Positions 1-9,629 are shown, numbered from the stretch's first letter. The stretch: 64,000 nt of DNA from Minisyncoccota bacterium (GCA_035627655.1 DASPLI010000001.1:112991-176990), one strand, 5' to 3'. Program-made: numbers and translations. Notes: generated from the sequence alone by a model not told the origin.

Positions 1-954
1 GCATCGTGCGGAACTTATAGCACTTGATTCTGGTGCAGTTTTTCCCAAAGCGCGTCTGCTGAATAAATATCGGACCTTTGCCTTCAAAACGAAGTGCGAG
101 CGCGACAAACGGAAGCGCGACCAGCGTCACCAGTCCCATGAGCAGCCCGCCGACAATATCAGTTGCCCGCTTCATAACCGGATAGACGAAGGAGCTTGAG
201 AGCGAGACGTTCTTCAAGAACCACTCGTACTGAAGCAGAGAGAGCGGTACGCGGTCAAAGACTTCTTCGTACATGTCGTAAAAATCCGCAAGCGGGTAGC
301 GCGACTGGATGAAGGCCAGCTCGTAGATCTTCGGCAAGAGAGGTCGAAGCGCGTCGTCTTCCATATCAACGACTAGGAGCGAAATGTCCTCTTGTTTGAG
401 CTTAGCCGCAAAGCCGTCGATGTCGCTCGTCACCTCCGCAGGCGTTACCACTAGAGGAAACGAGATGCTGTATCGGGTGTTGCCATTTACTTCGCGCACC
501 AGATCCTCAACTTCAGGGCCAGCGCCAACGAGCGCCGCTCGCTCGCGCGAAAGCGGATGCGAGATTCCGGGGAAAATGTAGAGACGCCAGGCAAGAACAA
601 GCCCGAGCGAGATAAGCAGATACAGAAAGAGGTTGGTCTTCGGCGCAATGCCAATTCCTGGTACGAAGAAGAAGTAGAGCGCGGCAAGCACAATATTTGC
701 AAGCTGGGTGCGTAAAATGGCACCGAAGAGCGCTGTCTTAAAGAGAATGATCCGCTTGCCGTAGAGGCCGGACATGTAGAAAACCAGGAGCCAAAGGAAG
801 AACAGGGGCGCAAACGCCTCAATGTGCGTATTAAAGAGTGTCTCATCCGGGACCGTGGCATACCGGACTAGAAGGGTTAGCCAGAGGGAGGAGAAGAATA
901 TGACGACATCCCCGAGAAACAGGAGGGTGGTGCGGTATCGCGAGCCAAACGTCA
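1..954 (-). CDS. Polyprenyl-phosphate sugar phosphotransferase ('bacterial sugar transferase', WbaP/WcaJ-like); the 3' end runs off the window
   Basis: Reverse-strand reading frame from ATG (rc of cat at 952-954) with no stop before position 1. It is not in the ORF track because it is truncated at the window edge. Translation MTFGSRYRTTLLFLGDVVIFFSSLWLT... has several TM helices then ...KRATDIVGGLLMGLVTLVALPFVALALRFEGKGPIFIQQTRFGKNCTRIKCYKFRTM, matching the C-terminal catalytic domain of PF02397 sugar transferases. Confidence 0.7.
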
Positions 955-1013
955 TGGGAAGCCAATAAGGCAGGGATGTTATATCATGGGGAGGACTGGC
1001 TTCCTAACTCCTT

Positions 1014-2189
1014 ATGACCGAACCCGCAAACGCGAAACGTGTCCTCTATGTCATAACCAAAGGAACCTGGGGCGGCGCTCAACGGTACGTCTTTGAGCTT
1101 GCGACTGCAGCAAAGGCCCGCGGATACAATGTCGCTGTTGCGTATGGCACCCCGGGACTCCTCGTGGATCGGCTTACGGCTGCAAACATTCGCACCCTAC
1201 CCCTTCCCGACGTTGAGCGAGACGTAACCATGTTTTCCGATGCGGAAGACGCGCTCCATCCAACATCCATACTCGACTCCATCAAAAGAGAGTACCGAGC
1301 ACTAAAACTCCTGATCACTCTTATTAAAGAAGAGCGTCCCGACGTACTCCACCTCAACAGCTCAAAGATTGGCGGGCTTGGCGCAGTTGCCGGAAGGCTT
1401 GCTCGCGTTTCATATATTGTATTCACTGCCCACGGCTGGGCCTTCAATGAGCGACGGCCGTGGTGGCAGAAAGTGCTTTTCCGCTTTTTCTATGCAGTAA
1501 CGCTGTGGTTCTCGCATGAAACGATCTGCGTATCAGAAGCAGTGCGCCGCGACATGGCCTGGCTTCCCTTTTCCAAACTTACCGTCGTCCGGCATGGCAT
1601 CGATGCGCCACAATTCCTCGAACAAGGAGCGGCTCGAGAAAAACTGTGGCCAGGACAACAGAAGGCCATCTGGCTTGGCATGCTGGCAGAGCTTCACCCC
1701 ACAAAACGCGTAGAGGACGCAATCGATGCGCTTGCCGAACTCCATAATCGGTTCCCTGAGCTCGTACTCATCGTGCTTGGCGAGGGAGAAAATCGAGTAA
1801 TGCTTGAGGAGCGTATTGCGCATTACAACCTTCAAGACCGCATACGGCTTGCCGGTTTTGTACCGGACGCAGCCAGCTATCTCAAAGCATTTGATTATTT
1901 CCTTATGCCCTCGCGCACAGAAGCGCTTGGGATCGCACTTATCGAAGCTGGTTATGCCGGACTGCCCGCCATCGCTGCGCGTGTTGGCGGTATGCCGGAA
2001 ATCGTACGCCACAAGGAGACTGGCATACTCGTACCAAAAGAGAATCCGCACGTGCTTGCACGAGCTATCCGTAAACTCCTTGAAAACCCAGACGATACCC
2101 GCTCCTACGCTGCTGCACTTGAAAAGAAGGTACGTGAACAGTTCTCTAAGGAGCGAATGCTTGAGGAAACGTTCCTGCTCTACCGTTAG
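1014..2189 (+). CDS. Glycosyltransferase family 4 (group 1 glycosyltransferase)
   Basis: 391-aa ORF. N-terminal KRVLYVITKGTWGGAQRYVFELA and C-terminal E...GIALIEAGYAGLPAIAARVGGMPEIV (EX7E-like) are typical of GT4 enzymes. It is divergent from the sugar transferase gene. Confidence 0.75.
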   Translation: MTEPANAKRVLYVITKGTWGGAQRYVFELATAAKARGYNVAVAYGTPGLLVDRLTAANIRTLPLPDVERDVTMFSDAEDALHPTSILDSIKREYRALKLLITLIKEERPDVLHLNSSKIGGLGAVAGRLARVSYIVFTAHGWAFNERRPWWQKVLFRFFYAVTLWFSHETICVSEAVRRDMAWLPFSKLTVVRHGIDAPQFLEQGAAREKLWPGQQKAIWLGMLAELHPTKRVEDAIDALAELHNRFPELVLIVLGEGENRVMLEERIAHYNLQDRIRLAGFVPDAASYLKAFDYFLMPSRTEALGIALIEAGYAGLPAIAARVGGMPEIVRHKETGILVPKENPHVLARAIRKLLENPDDTRSYAAALEKKVREQFSKERMLEETFLLYR

Positions 2190-3325
2190 GCACCGAGATA
2201 TTCCTGTCCTGCGGCCGTTCGCGGAGCGCTACGAGCATGGCGCGAGAGCGATACCACTATACCGAGCGCTGCAAACTCCGTAAGCAAATGTGATCCGCCA
2301 TAGCTCATGAATGGAATGGTGGTGCCGGTAACCGGGAGGAGACCCAGGTTGATGCCGGCATGAATGAATACGTGCGCTAGAAAAAGAAGTGCGACCCCGA
2401 CCGTAAAGAGAGCGTCGAAGTTTGTTGCCGCTCTTCGCGCAAGCGCCAAGAGCTGGAAGATCAAAAGACCATAGAGCAAGAGTGCGAGCGATACGCCAAT
2501 AAAACCCCACTCTTCCGCAAACGCTGCGAAAATAAAATCGGTCTCATATTCCGGCAAGAACCGGAGCTTCGATTGCGTGCCGTAACCGATTCCCTTTCCA
2601 AAGAGTTCACCGGAACCCGCCGCAACTACTGCCTGGTAGGCGTTGTAGCCAGCACCACGAATATCGGCAGCAGGGTTGAGGAACGCCACGATGCGCGTGC
2701 GCTGGTAGTCATGCAGCCCAAAAAACCAGAGCCCCGCAGCTGCGACCACACCGAGAATAAACACGATTGCCAGATGTTTTTTTGAGATACCAGAGACGAG
2801 CACCATGCCAAACCACACGAACGATAGGATCGCTGCCGTACCAAGGTCGGGCTGAATCAGGACGAGTCCGATGAGAAGTCCTGCATACAAACCGGAAAGT
2901 ATCAGATGCCGAACATGCCGTATTTCAATATGCCGCCGAGAAAAATACTTCGCCAAAAACGCGATCAACGCGAGCTTTGCAAGGTCTGCAGGCTGAAATG
3001 AGAACGCTCCGAACGTAAACCAGGACTTTGCTCCTTTGACGGGATCCGCAAAGATAAGCAGGAGGAGTAAGAGTCCTATAGCGCCTAAATACGCAACCAT
3101 GATGACGCTGGTGCGGCGCAGCACGTGCATGTCCGCAACCGCAAGCACGGCATACACAATCAATCCAACACCGATCCACAGGAGCTGTCGCGGAGCAAAG
3201 GACTCCACTTCCCCAAACGGATGCATCGTAAGCACACCAAGGAGCGCGAGCGCTACCGCCGGCAAGAGGTAGGGCCAGCCGGAGAGAAGCGTGCGCAGAG
3301 CGCCACCTCGCGCAAGCTCGCTCAT
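2186..3325 (-). CDS. ftsW: SEDS-family peptidoglycan glycosyltransferase (FtsW/RodA/SpoVE)
   Basis: 379 aa, polytopic membrane protein. The motif LPEYETDFIFAAFAEEWGFIGVSLALLLYGLLIF matches the conserved SEDS core (PExxTDFIFA...EExG). Confidence 0.8.
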   Translation of the reverse strand: MSELARGGALRTLLSGWPYLLPAVALALLGVLTMHPFGEVESFAPRQLLWIGVGLIVYAVLAVADMHVLRRTSVIMVAYLGAIGLLLLLLIFADPVKGAKSWFTFGAFSFQPADLAKLALIAFLAKYFSRRHIEIRHVRHLILSGLYAGLLIGLVLIQPDLGTAAILSFVWFGMVLVSGISKKHLAIVFILGVVAAAGLWFFGLHDYQRTRIVAFLNPAADIRGAGYNAYQAVVAAGSGELFGKGIGYGTQSKLRFLPEYETDFIFAAFAEEWGFIGVSLALLLYGLLIFQLLALARRAATNFDALFTVGVALLFLAHVFIHAGINLGLLPVTGTTIPFMSYGGSHLLTEFAALGIVVSLSRHARSAPRTAAGQEYLGA

Positions 3326-4116
3326 GGAAGTTCGTAAACGGGGGTTATGTCTATACGTGCTGGCGCCTCCCGGAACGGCGTATTCCAGGTAAACACGAGC
3401 GGTGCCTCTCCCTGCGCTGGCAGAGATGCGACCAGCGTCTGCGATGCTGCCATGGCGTTCCCGCTCGTATCAAAGACCGTGGCAACGACCTTCACGTTTC
3501 GATACGCATGTACTGAAGGATTATTAAGTATCGCCGTTACCCGAGGAGATTCTTCTAAGTTTGCGGTTGTGATGTCTTCAACCGTAAAGAGGTCAAGTTC
3601 ACCATCCTCAATTTCGTACCAGCGAAACGATGCCTCATCAAAGGTAAGGAAAGACTGGCGAACGAACTGGCCGGCTGAGAGTGCGTTTGGAATAAAAATG
3701 GGAACGTTCGCCGCGGGCGGCAGATCCACCCTTCCTGAAGTAGAGCCCACCGGCGTACCGTTCTCTCCTAAGAATTCAATTTCATATCGAACATCTTTTG
3801 CAGCGGCAAAAGGATTTGGATTCTTAATGTAGGCAATGATATCGAGCCGTCCGCCCTGCTGCGGCAACTCGCGCACAAAAGAAACGACGGGCGGCACGAC
3901 AGAGGGCGTACATAACAGCGCGCATGAACCGCCACAATCGATACCCTCTTCGTCCTGATTCTGCTTTCCGTCGCTGCAGGATGGTGGGTTATAGAACGTA
4001 GCAATCAAAAAGCCGGCGATAACCAGCACCGCAGCGCCAACCAGAAGAAGGACGATAAATGTCCGTCGTGATGATGCCCAGGACATGGCACTGAGTATAA
4101 CAAGAAAGGCCCGCAT
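3322..4116 (-). CDS. Hypothetical membrane-anchored (single N-terminal TM) secreted protein
   Basis: Start chosen at MRAFLVILSAMSWASSRRTFIVLLLVGAAVLVIAGFLIATFY (ATG rc at 4114-4116). The longer ORF-track N-terminus up to 4482 overlaps an upstream small gene and an rRNA-unit terminator. Its stop overlaps the ftsW start. No family recognised. Confidence 0.5.
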   Translation of the reverse strand: MRAFLVILSAMSWASSRRTFIVLLLVGAAVLVIAGFLIATFYNPPSCSDGKQNQDEEGIDCGGSCALLCTPSVVPPVVSFVRELPQQGGRLDIIAYIKNPNPFAAAKDVRYEIEFLGENGTPVGSTSGRVDLPPAANVPIFIPNALSAGQFVRQSFLTFDEASFRWYEIEDGELDLFTVEDITTANLEESPRVTAILNNPSVHAYRNVKVVATVFDTSGNAMAASQTLVASLPAQGEAPLVFTWNTPFREAPARIDITPVYELP

Positions 4117-4138
4117 CTGAAGACGCAGGCCTTTTCGT

Positions 4139-4342
4139 TCAAGGAATGAGCGAACCGAGCGCAAAAAGCGCAACGAGAGCCACCACAACAAGCAGTAGAT
4201 CTTTTCCTCGTGCCGCGTCCATCTTCTTCGCAACATACTCGGACTCGGAGAGGTCGCCTCGCTCTGCCGGCGTAAGCCGGTAGAACTCGTCTCGGAGTTC
4301 TTCGCGCTCCAGATAACGGCGTTCACGTATGGATTCAAACAT
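4139..4342 (-). CDS. Small (67 aa) C-terminally membrane-anchored protein
   Basis: MFESIRERRYLEREELRDEFYRLTPAERGDLSESEYVAKKMDAARGKDLLLVVVALVALFALGSLIP. A strong RBS GGGAGGAAACA sits directly before the ATG, immediately downstream of the rRNA-unit terminator. Confidence 0.5.
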   Translation of the reverse strand: MFESIRERRYLEREELRDEFYRLTPAERGDLSESEYVAKKMDAARGKDLLLVVVALVALFALGSLIP

Positions 4343-4371
4343 TGTTTCCTCCCGTTCTGGCTGCGACTGTA

Positions 4372-4413
4372 GCATAAAAGAATGTGAAAGGCCCGGATCA
4401 AAAGATCCGGGCC
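4372..4413 (-). terminator. Intrinsic terminator downstream of 5S rRNA (end of the 23S-5S unit)
   Basis: Perfect hairpin GGCCCGGATC-AAAA-GATCCGGGCC, followed on the minus strand by CTTTCACATTCTTTTATGC. Confidence 0.6.
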
Positions 4414-4654
4414 ACGCACCGCCGAAGCACTACGCTCTTCCCGAAGGAACGAGCAATACTGGGCGGTGCCACACAATACCACACAAAAAAAGAAAGAACG
4501 GAGAGGTCATCTGGATACCTCCGCAGGACCTCCTGATCCTGGTTCGTTGGCAGGTGTTGCTCCGGTTATTCGCCGGCACCTTGCGGGCCCGCATACCAGC
4601 AACCTCTCCTGCCCGAAAAGATAGCAGGTCTGTCTTTAAAAGCAAACACGCCCA

Positions 4655-4768
<114 letters not shown>

Positions 4769-5130
4769 TAGGCGCGTTACGCTCTAGAACAACAAATGCA
4801 TAGGTATAGAAAACACAGAACAGATTGTGACATTCACGATTCCGCACAGAAAACTGGACATATTAGTACTCCTCGGCTGAACGCATTGCTGCGTGTGCAC
4901 CTAGAGCCTATCAACGTAGTAGTCTGCTACGAGTCTCATAACGATTCCTAATCTTGGAGCGAGTTTCCCGCTTATATGCTTTCAGCAGTTATCTCAACCC
5001 GACATAGCTACCCAGCAATGCTCTTGGCAGAACAGCTGGTAGACCAGAGGTCAGTTCACCCCGGTCCTCTCGTACTAGGGGCAAGCCTCCGCAAGAATCA
5101 ACGCCTGTAGTAGATAGGAGACCAACCTGT

Positions 5131-5496
5131 CTCACGCACCATGTTATTTGTGTACTCCGGTTGCTCGGAGGGTCGGACTATAGCTTCGCGAGTTCTTCGC
5201 GACTGACGTTTAGTCTCTACGGGCGCTTTCGCTTCCCTCGGAATCATCCTGTTCCTTGCAGGACTTTTCCGATACGAGTCAGTTCAATCCTATATATCCC
5301 TATATAGGACCGCCGTGATGTGTTGGTTCCTTTGATCTCGCAAAATGCTTTGAACGCGAGTCAAAATCTTATTGTGTTAGTTCTTAGCTAACACATATAT
5401 AGACGAAAAAACATTTATTAGGGATTCTGATAACAATAAACTCAATGGGATTCAGACGGTGAGGGCCTCGATTCCGAAGAATCAAGAACCCTCACG
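5131..5496 (-). mobile_element. ORF-less group I intron in 23S rRNA, in the peptidyl-transferase-centre segment (equivalent to E. coli ~U2593/A2602); boundaries ±6 nt
   Basis: Exon sequence GCGAGCTGGGTTCAGACCGTGAG resumes as CGTGAGACAGGTTGGTC about 360 nt later (CGTGAG repeated at both junctions). The insert is AT-richer than the flanking rRNA. It carries a textbook group I core: GAGACTAAACG (P7 5' strand), hairpin GTCGCGAAGAACTCGCGA (P8), CTATAGTCCGAC (P7 3' strand), a CTCCG-AGCAA-CCGGAG hairpin (P9), and ends in G. A 12-bp P1-like pairing AGACCGTGAGGG/CCCTCACCGTCT lies at the 5' junction. No ORF >60 aa lies inside. Confidence 0.65.
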
Positions 5497-6910
5497 GTCT
5501 GAACCCAGCTCGCGTACCTTTTTAATTGGCGAACAGCCAAACGCTTGGGACCTTCTCCAGCCCCGCGCTAAGGTGAGCCGACATCGAGGTGCCGAACTCC
5601 GCCGTCGCTATGGACGCTTGGGCGGAACTAGCCTGTTATCCCCAGGGTAACTTTTATCCGTTAATCTCTGGCCGCATCTAAGGCGGACCATCGGTTCACT
5701 ATGCTCTGCTTTCGCATCTGCTCGGCATGTACGCCTCGCAGTTAAGCCCTCTTATGCCATTACACTATCGGCACGGTTTCCATTCGCGCCTAGAGGACCT
5801 TAATAGACTCCTCCGTTACTTTTTAGGAGGATAGCGCCCCACCAAAACTACCCGCCACGCACTGTCCCGCCGTAGTTCTATACGGAGGTTAGGAACTGCA
5901 CACTTGAAGAGTGGTATTTCACTGGCGACTCCACGTTCCCCGAAAGGAACGCTTCAAAGTCTCCCACCTATGCTACGCATCAAGCACGCAGCCCCAATAC
6001 GAAGCTGTAGTAAAGCTCCTGGGGTCTTTTCGTCTAACTACAGGTAACCGGCATCTTCACCGGTAGTGCATTTTCACCAAGCGAGTCCTCGAGACAGTTC
6101 CCCAGTCATTACACCATTCGTGCACGTCTGAACTTACCAGACAAGGAATTACGCTACCTTAGGACGATTATAGTTATCGCCGACATTCACCGGGGCTTAT
6201 ATGGCCTAGCCAACAATCCGAAGACCGTTGACCGTCCATGCTTGACCTTCCGGCATTGGTCAGGTGTCACCCCCTATACATCCTCTTACGAGTTCGCAGG
6301 GAGCTGTGTTTTTGGTAAACAGTTGCCAGGGAGTCTTTCGCTGCGGCCCGTATTGCTACGGGCAGGCCTTATTGCGAACGTACGGCCGCTATTTTGCCGA
6401 GTTCCTTGAGGACCTCTCACTTGTTCGTCTTGGTCTTCTCGACCTGAGCACCTGTGTCGGTTTGCGGTACGGGCGTCATATGTTGAAGCTTAGAAGATTT
6501 TCTTGGAACCGCGCTCTCTCTGCTCCTCCCCTCCGAAGAAGGAAATTGCCGCTTCGCTCGGAGTAATGCCTACCGGATTTCCCTAGTAGACCTCCTCACT
6601 AACGGACCCCAATCCAATAAGGGGCCAAAAATACAGCAGTCCGTCTCTCCATCGCACATATGATCGGTCACGGAATATTAACCGTGTGTCCATCGGGTGC
6701 GGCTTTCGCCATCCCCTTAGGCCCGACTAACCCGAAGATGATCACCATTGCTTCGGAAACCTTGCTCTTTCGACGTGCGGGGTTCTCACCCGCATTGTGG
6801 TTACTTGTACCTGCATTCTCACTTCGCAACGCTCCAGTATGGGTCACCCCTTTACCTTCATCGCAGATGCGAACGCTCTCCTACCGCTTGCACGCTTCAT
6901 AGAGGGCGCG

Positions 6911-7150
6911 AATCTTGTTCGCGCAAAATGTTCATGGTGCCGGGGGCTGGAGTCGAACCAGCGACCTCCCAGGGTTTTAGACCAAGGCGCTCTACCTGCT
7001 GAGCTACCCCCGCAACCATAAACCGACCGGGTGCGAGGGTCGGACATCTGCCGACCCTCGCAGCTAACGTATACCAATCACCTTGCGGTAACGGACGACA
7101 TTAGCAACGCCACATATGGGCGTCCTCGGTATTTTGAGAGTATTTTTCAA
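6911..7150 (-). other. Intervening sequence (~240 nt) replacing the tip of 23S helix 45; it contains a tRNA-like element (minus strand, 6943-7018)
   Basis: Flanks CACGTTTCATAGAGGG / CCCTCTATGAAGCGTG are complementary and correspond to E. coli GCGACGC-TTAT-GCGTTG (helix 45, ~1164-1185), between GCCGAAACTGCGG and GGTAGGAGAGCGTTC. Inside are nested perfect hairpins (GCGAGGGTCGG-CAGATGT-CCGACCCTCGC; GCGCGAA-CAAGA-TTCGCGC) and GCGGGGGTAGCTCAGCAGGTAGAGCGCCTTGGTCTAAAACCCTGGGAGGTCGCTGGTTCGACTCCAGCCCCCGGCACCA. That sequence has an acceptor stem (one G·G mismatch), canonical D arm, T arm (GCTGG-TTCGACT-CCAGC) and an encoded CCA, but its anticodon arm does not fold canonically. Confidence 0.55.
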
Positions 7151-7850
7151 CCCTCTATGAAACGTGCAAACCCGCAGTTTCGGCACTACGCTTAACCCCG
7201 ATTATCTTCGGCGCACGGACCCTCGATGAGTGAGCTGTTACGCTTTCTTTAAATGGTGGCTGCTTCTAAGCCAACATCCTCATTGTCAAAGGATCCGCAC
7301 TTCCTTGTGGATATACTCAGCGTAGATTTTGGGGCCTTAACTGGCGATCTAGGCTCTTCCCTTCTCGACCGATGGAGCTTCGCCCCCATGGTCTAACTGC
7401 CGTGCTGTAACTTCCGGTATTCGGAGGTTGATAGGAACAACGAGATTTCTCCCTGTTTGTCCCTTCCAGTGCTCTACCCCCGGAAGGATCACACGACGCC
7501 AGCCCAAAAGCTGTTTCGGAGAGAACCAGCTATTACAGTGTTCGATTAGCTTTTCACTCCTTACCACAAGTCATCCCAAGGCGTTGTACGACCAACGGGT
7601 TCGGGCCTCCATGTGGATTTCTCCACACTTCACCCTGCTCATGGCAAGCTCACACTGCTTCGGGTCGTATATATGCCACCGGCGCGCTATTCACACTCGG
7701 TTTCCCTATGGCTCCACCCAGTAACGGGCTTAGCCGAAGCGACATATATACACTCGCAGGCTCATTCTTCAATAGGCACGCTAGGATGGACCGGAGCCCA
7801 CCCTAACCCTTTGTAAGTACACGGTTTCAGTTCTATTTCACTCCCCTCTC

Positions 7851-7884
<34 letters not shown>

Positions 7885-8711
7885 TCACTATCGGTCTTAT
7901 GAGATATTTAGCCTTACCGGTTAGTTCCGGCAGATTCACCCGGGCTATTCGTGTCCCGAGCTACTCAAGAACAGAAGCACATAAGTCGTCATACATTTCG
8001 TATACGGGGCCATTACCCTCTGGGGCGCTGCTTCCCAGCAGCTTCTACTATGTAGACGTTTTGTAACTCATGCCATACAAGTATGGCGCTTCTGCCTTAC
8101 AACCCCTACTGACGAATCAATAGGTTTGGGCTTCTCCCGTTTCGCTCGCCGCTACTTAGGGAATCGCGAGAGTTGTTTTCCATTCGTACGAGCATACGCA
8201 CGAACGGAAAACAACTCGCTTTTGTTTTCTATTCCTCCAGGTACTGAGATGTTTCACTTCCCTGGGTTCGCTCCTTCTCCATACGGAGTAAGGTGATCCT
8301 TTCTGGATCGGGTTTCCCCATTCGGACATCTCCGGATCACAGGCTATAAGCCGCCTCCCCGGAGCATTTCGCAGGCTAATCACGTCCTTCATCGCTCTCA
8401 TAAGCCTAGGCATCCACCGTGCACCCTTCAGTGTTTCCTGTGCGGAAACCTGAATCCCACAATCTTTTCTGTGTTTGCACTTCTCCTCACGTTCTTGCGA
8501 AACGTGAGTCGATTACCTATGCATGTTGTCAAAGTTCTGTGTCCCTTCAAACGAAAACCGCCCCTCGGGGCGGTGTTCGTGTTTGCACACGAGGCCTTAG
8601 GGCCGTACCCGCTCCGATAAATAAGTGGTGTTCGTAGTGATAGACACGTAGGGGCTAGTCTATAGGAGCGGAAGAGGCATGTCAAGCGACCTGAAACGGC
8701 CTAGGTACGGG

Positions 8712-8752
8712 CCAAAAGCGAAAAGACGGCCACCCTCAAGGTGACCGTCTTA
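8712..8752 (-). terminator. Intrinsic terminator after the TrpF-like gene (spacer before the 23S 5' end)
   Basis: Hairpin AAGACGGCCACC-CTCAA-GGTGACCGTCTT (one mismatch), followed on the minus strand by TTCGCTTTTGG. Confidence 0.45.
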
Positions 8753-8755
8753 AAG

Positions 8756-9550
8756 TTAGGTTCTGCGTGCCTGTTTTATGAGATTTGCCGCCTCGCGCAA
8801 ATAGACCGCGGCCGAGCTCCAGTCGATCGGATCGAGCGCGCTGCCGCTAGGGCGAAGCTTGCTCTGCGCATCGAGACTCACGTCTGGCAAATCCCGGATG
8901 ATCGGGGCGGCCAGATCCATGGATGTGGGTCCGAGCCCGCCAGCAACCGCGACCGCAAGTTCGGGGGTTGCTTCGATCGACTTCCAAATGTGACTCATGA
9001 GTCGGGTCGCCTCAAGCGGCTTCCCCTTCCCCATCGAGAGATCGAAGAGCGCGTAGTCGAGACAGTTGATGCGACGATAGTGCGTCAGCTGCTCGGCGAC
9101 TTTTGCTGGATTGCCGTCGCATTGTTCGATCGCCTTTTCGTTCACCTGCAAGATGAACTTTACACGCTGACCAAACACGGACTTCTTCACGTCCTCGAGC
9201 ATCTGCAGACTTGGCCAGATCATATCGAGCTGAACAGCATCGACACCTGGACCGGCCCACTGAATCGCTTCAATGAGATCGTTCGCGGTCGTCTCGCCGT
9301 CATAGTCGGCGTAGTGGAGCACGTTGAGTACCCCTTCGCGCTGGACAAAAATATCCGCGATCGCCTCTTTGGGCGGCCACGCTTTTGCCCACTTGGTCTC
9401 AAGACCCTTGAGCGTCTTGTAGCTCATCATGACGCCGACACCGAGCAGGTGTCTGCACCCGGCCTTATTGAGGACCGTGCGCATGATCACCACCTGGTTC
9501 ACGTGTGTGAAGTCGGTGATCCCGATGTACGGGAGATTGAGGTTATGCAT
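8756..9550 (-). CDS. TIM-barrel protein, phosphoribosylanthranilate-isomerase-like (TrpF family); function uncertain
   Basis: Start placed at MHNLNLPYIGITDF, preceded by GGAGGAAGGA. ...VDAVQLDMIWP... and ...VAVAGGLGPTSM...DVSLDAQSKL resemble the TrpF motifs (LDAVQLHG; ILAGGLxPxNV; DVSSGVE). The overlapping plus-strand ORF 8741-9625 is antisense noise. Confidence 0.4.
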   Translation of the reverse strand: MHNLNLPYIGITDFTHVNQVVIMRTVLNKAGCRHLLGVGVMMSYKTLKGLETKWAKAWPPKEAIADIFVQREGVLNVLHYADYDGETTANDLIEAIQWAGPGVDAVQLDMIWPSLQMLEDVKKSVFGQRVKFILQVNEKAIEQCDGNPAKVAEQLTHYRRINCLDYALFDLSMGKGKPLEATRLMSHIWKSIEATPELAVAVAGGLGPTSMDLAAPIIRDLPDVSLDAQSKLRPSGSALDPIDWSSAAVYLREAANLIKQARRT

Positions 9551-9629
9551 TCCTTCCTCCAAGAGAACAGTACCCCGCGGCACTGTACCGGTGCTGTGCC
9601 AGAAACGCAAAGGTTACTTATTTAGACAT

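Noticed and set aside
3322-4482. Long (386 aa) form of the hypothetical gene
   Set aside because: The upstream part overlaps a separate small gene with a strong RBS (4139-4342) and the rRNA terminator. The start was moved to 4116.
6943-7018. Calling the embedded tRNA-like sequence a genuine tRNA gene (e.g. a CUA-anticodon suppressor, as one parse suggests)
   Set aside because: The anticodon arm cannot form a canonical 5-bp stem and 7-nt loop in any register, and the acceptor stem has a G·G mismatch. It is reported only as a tRNA-like element.
6264-7816. Several 70-100-aa ORFs on both strands (6264-6566, 6660-6902, 6748-7002, 6797-7021, 6844-7077, 7349-7567, 7428-7724, 7613-7816)
   Set aside because: They lie entirely inside the 23S rRNA and are spurious.
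8741-9625. 294-aa plus-strand ORF
   Set aside because: Antisense to the TrpF-like gene, which has RBS and terminator support; its composition is Arg-rich.
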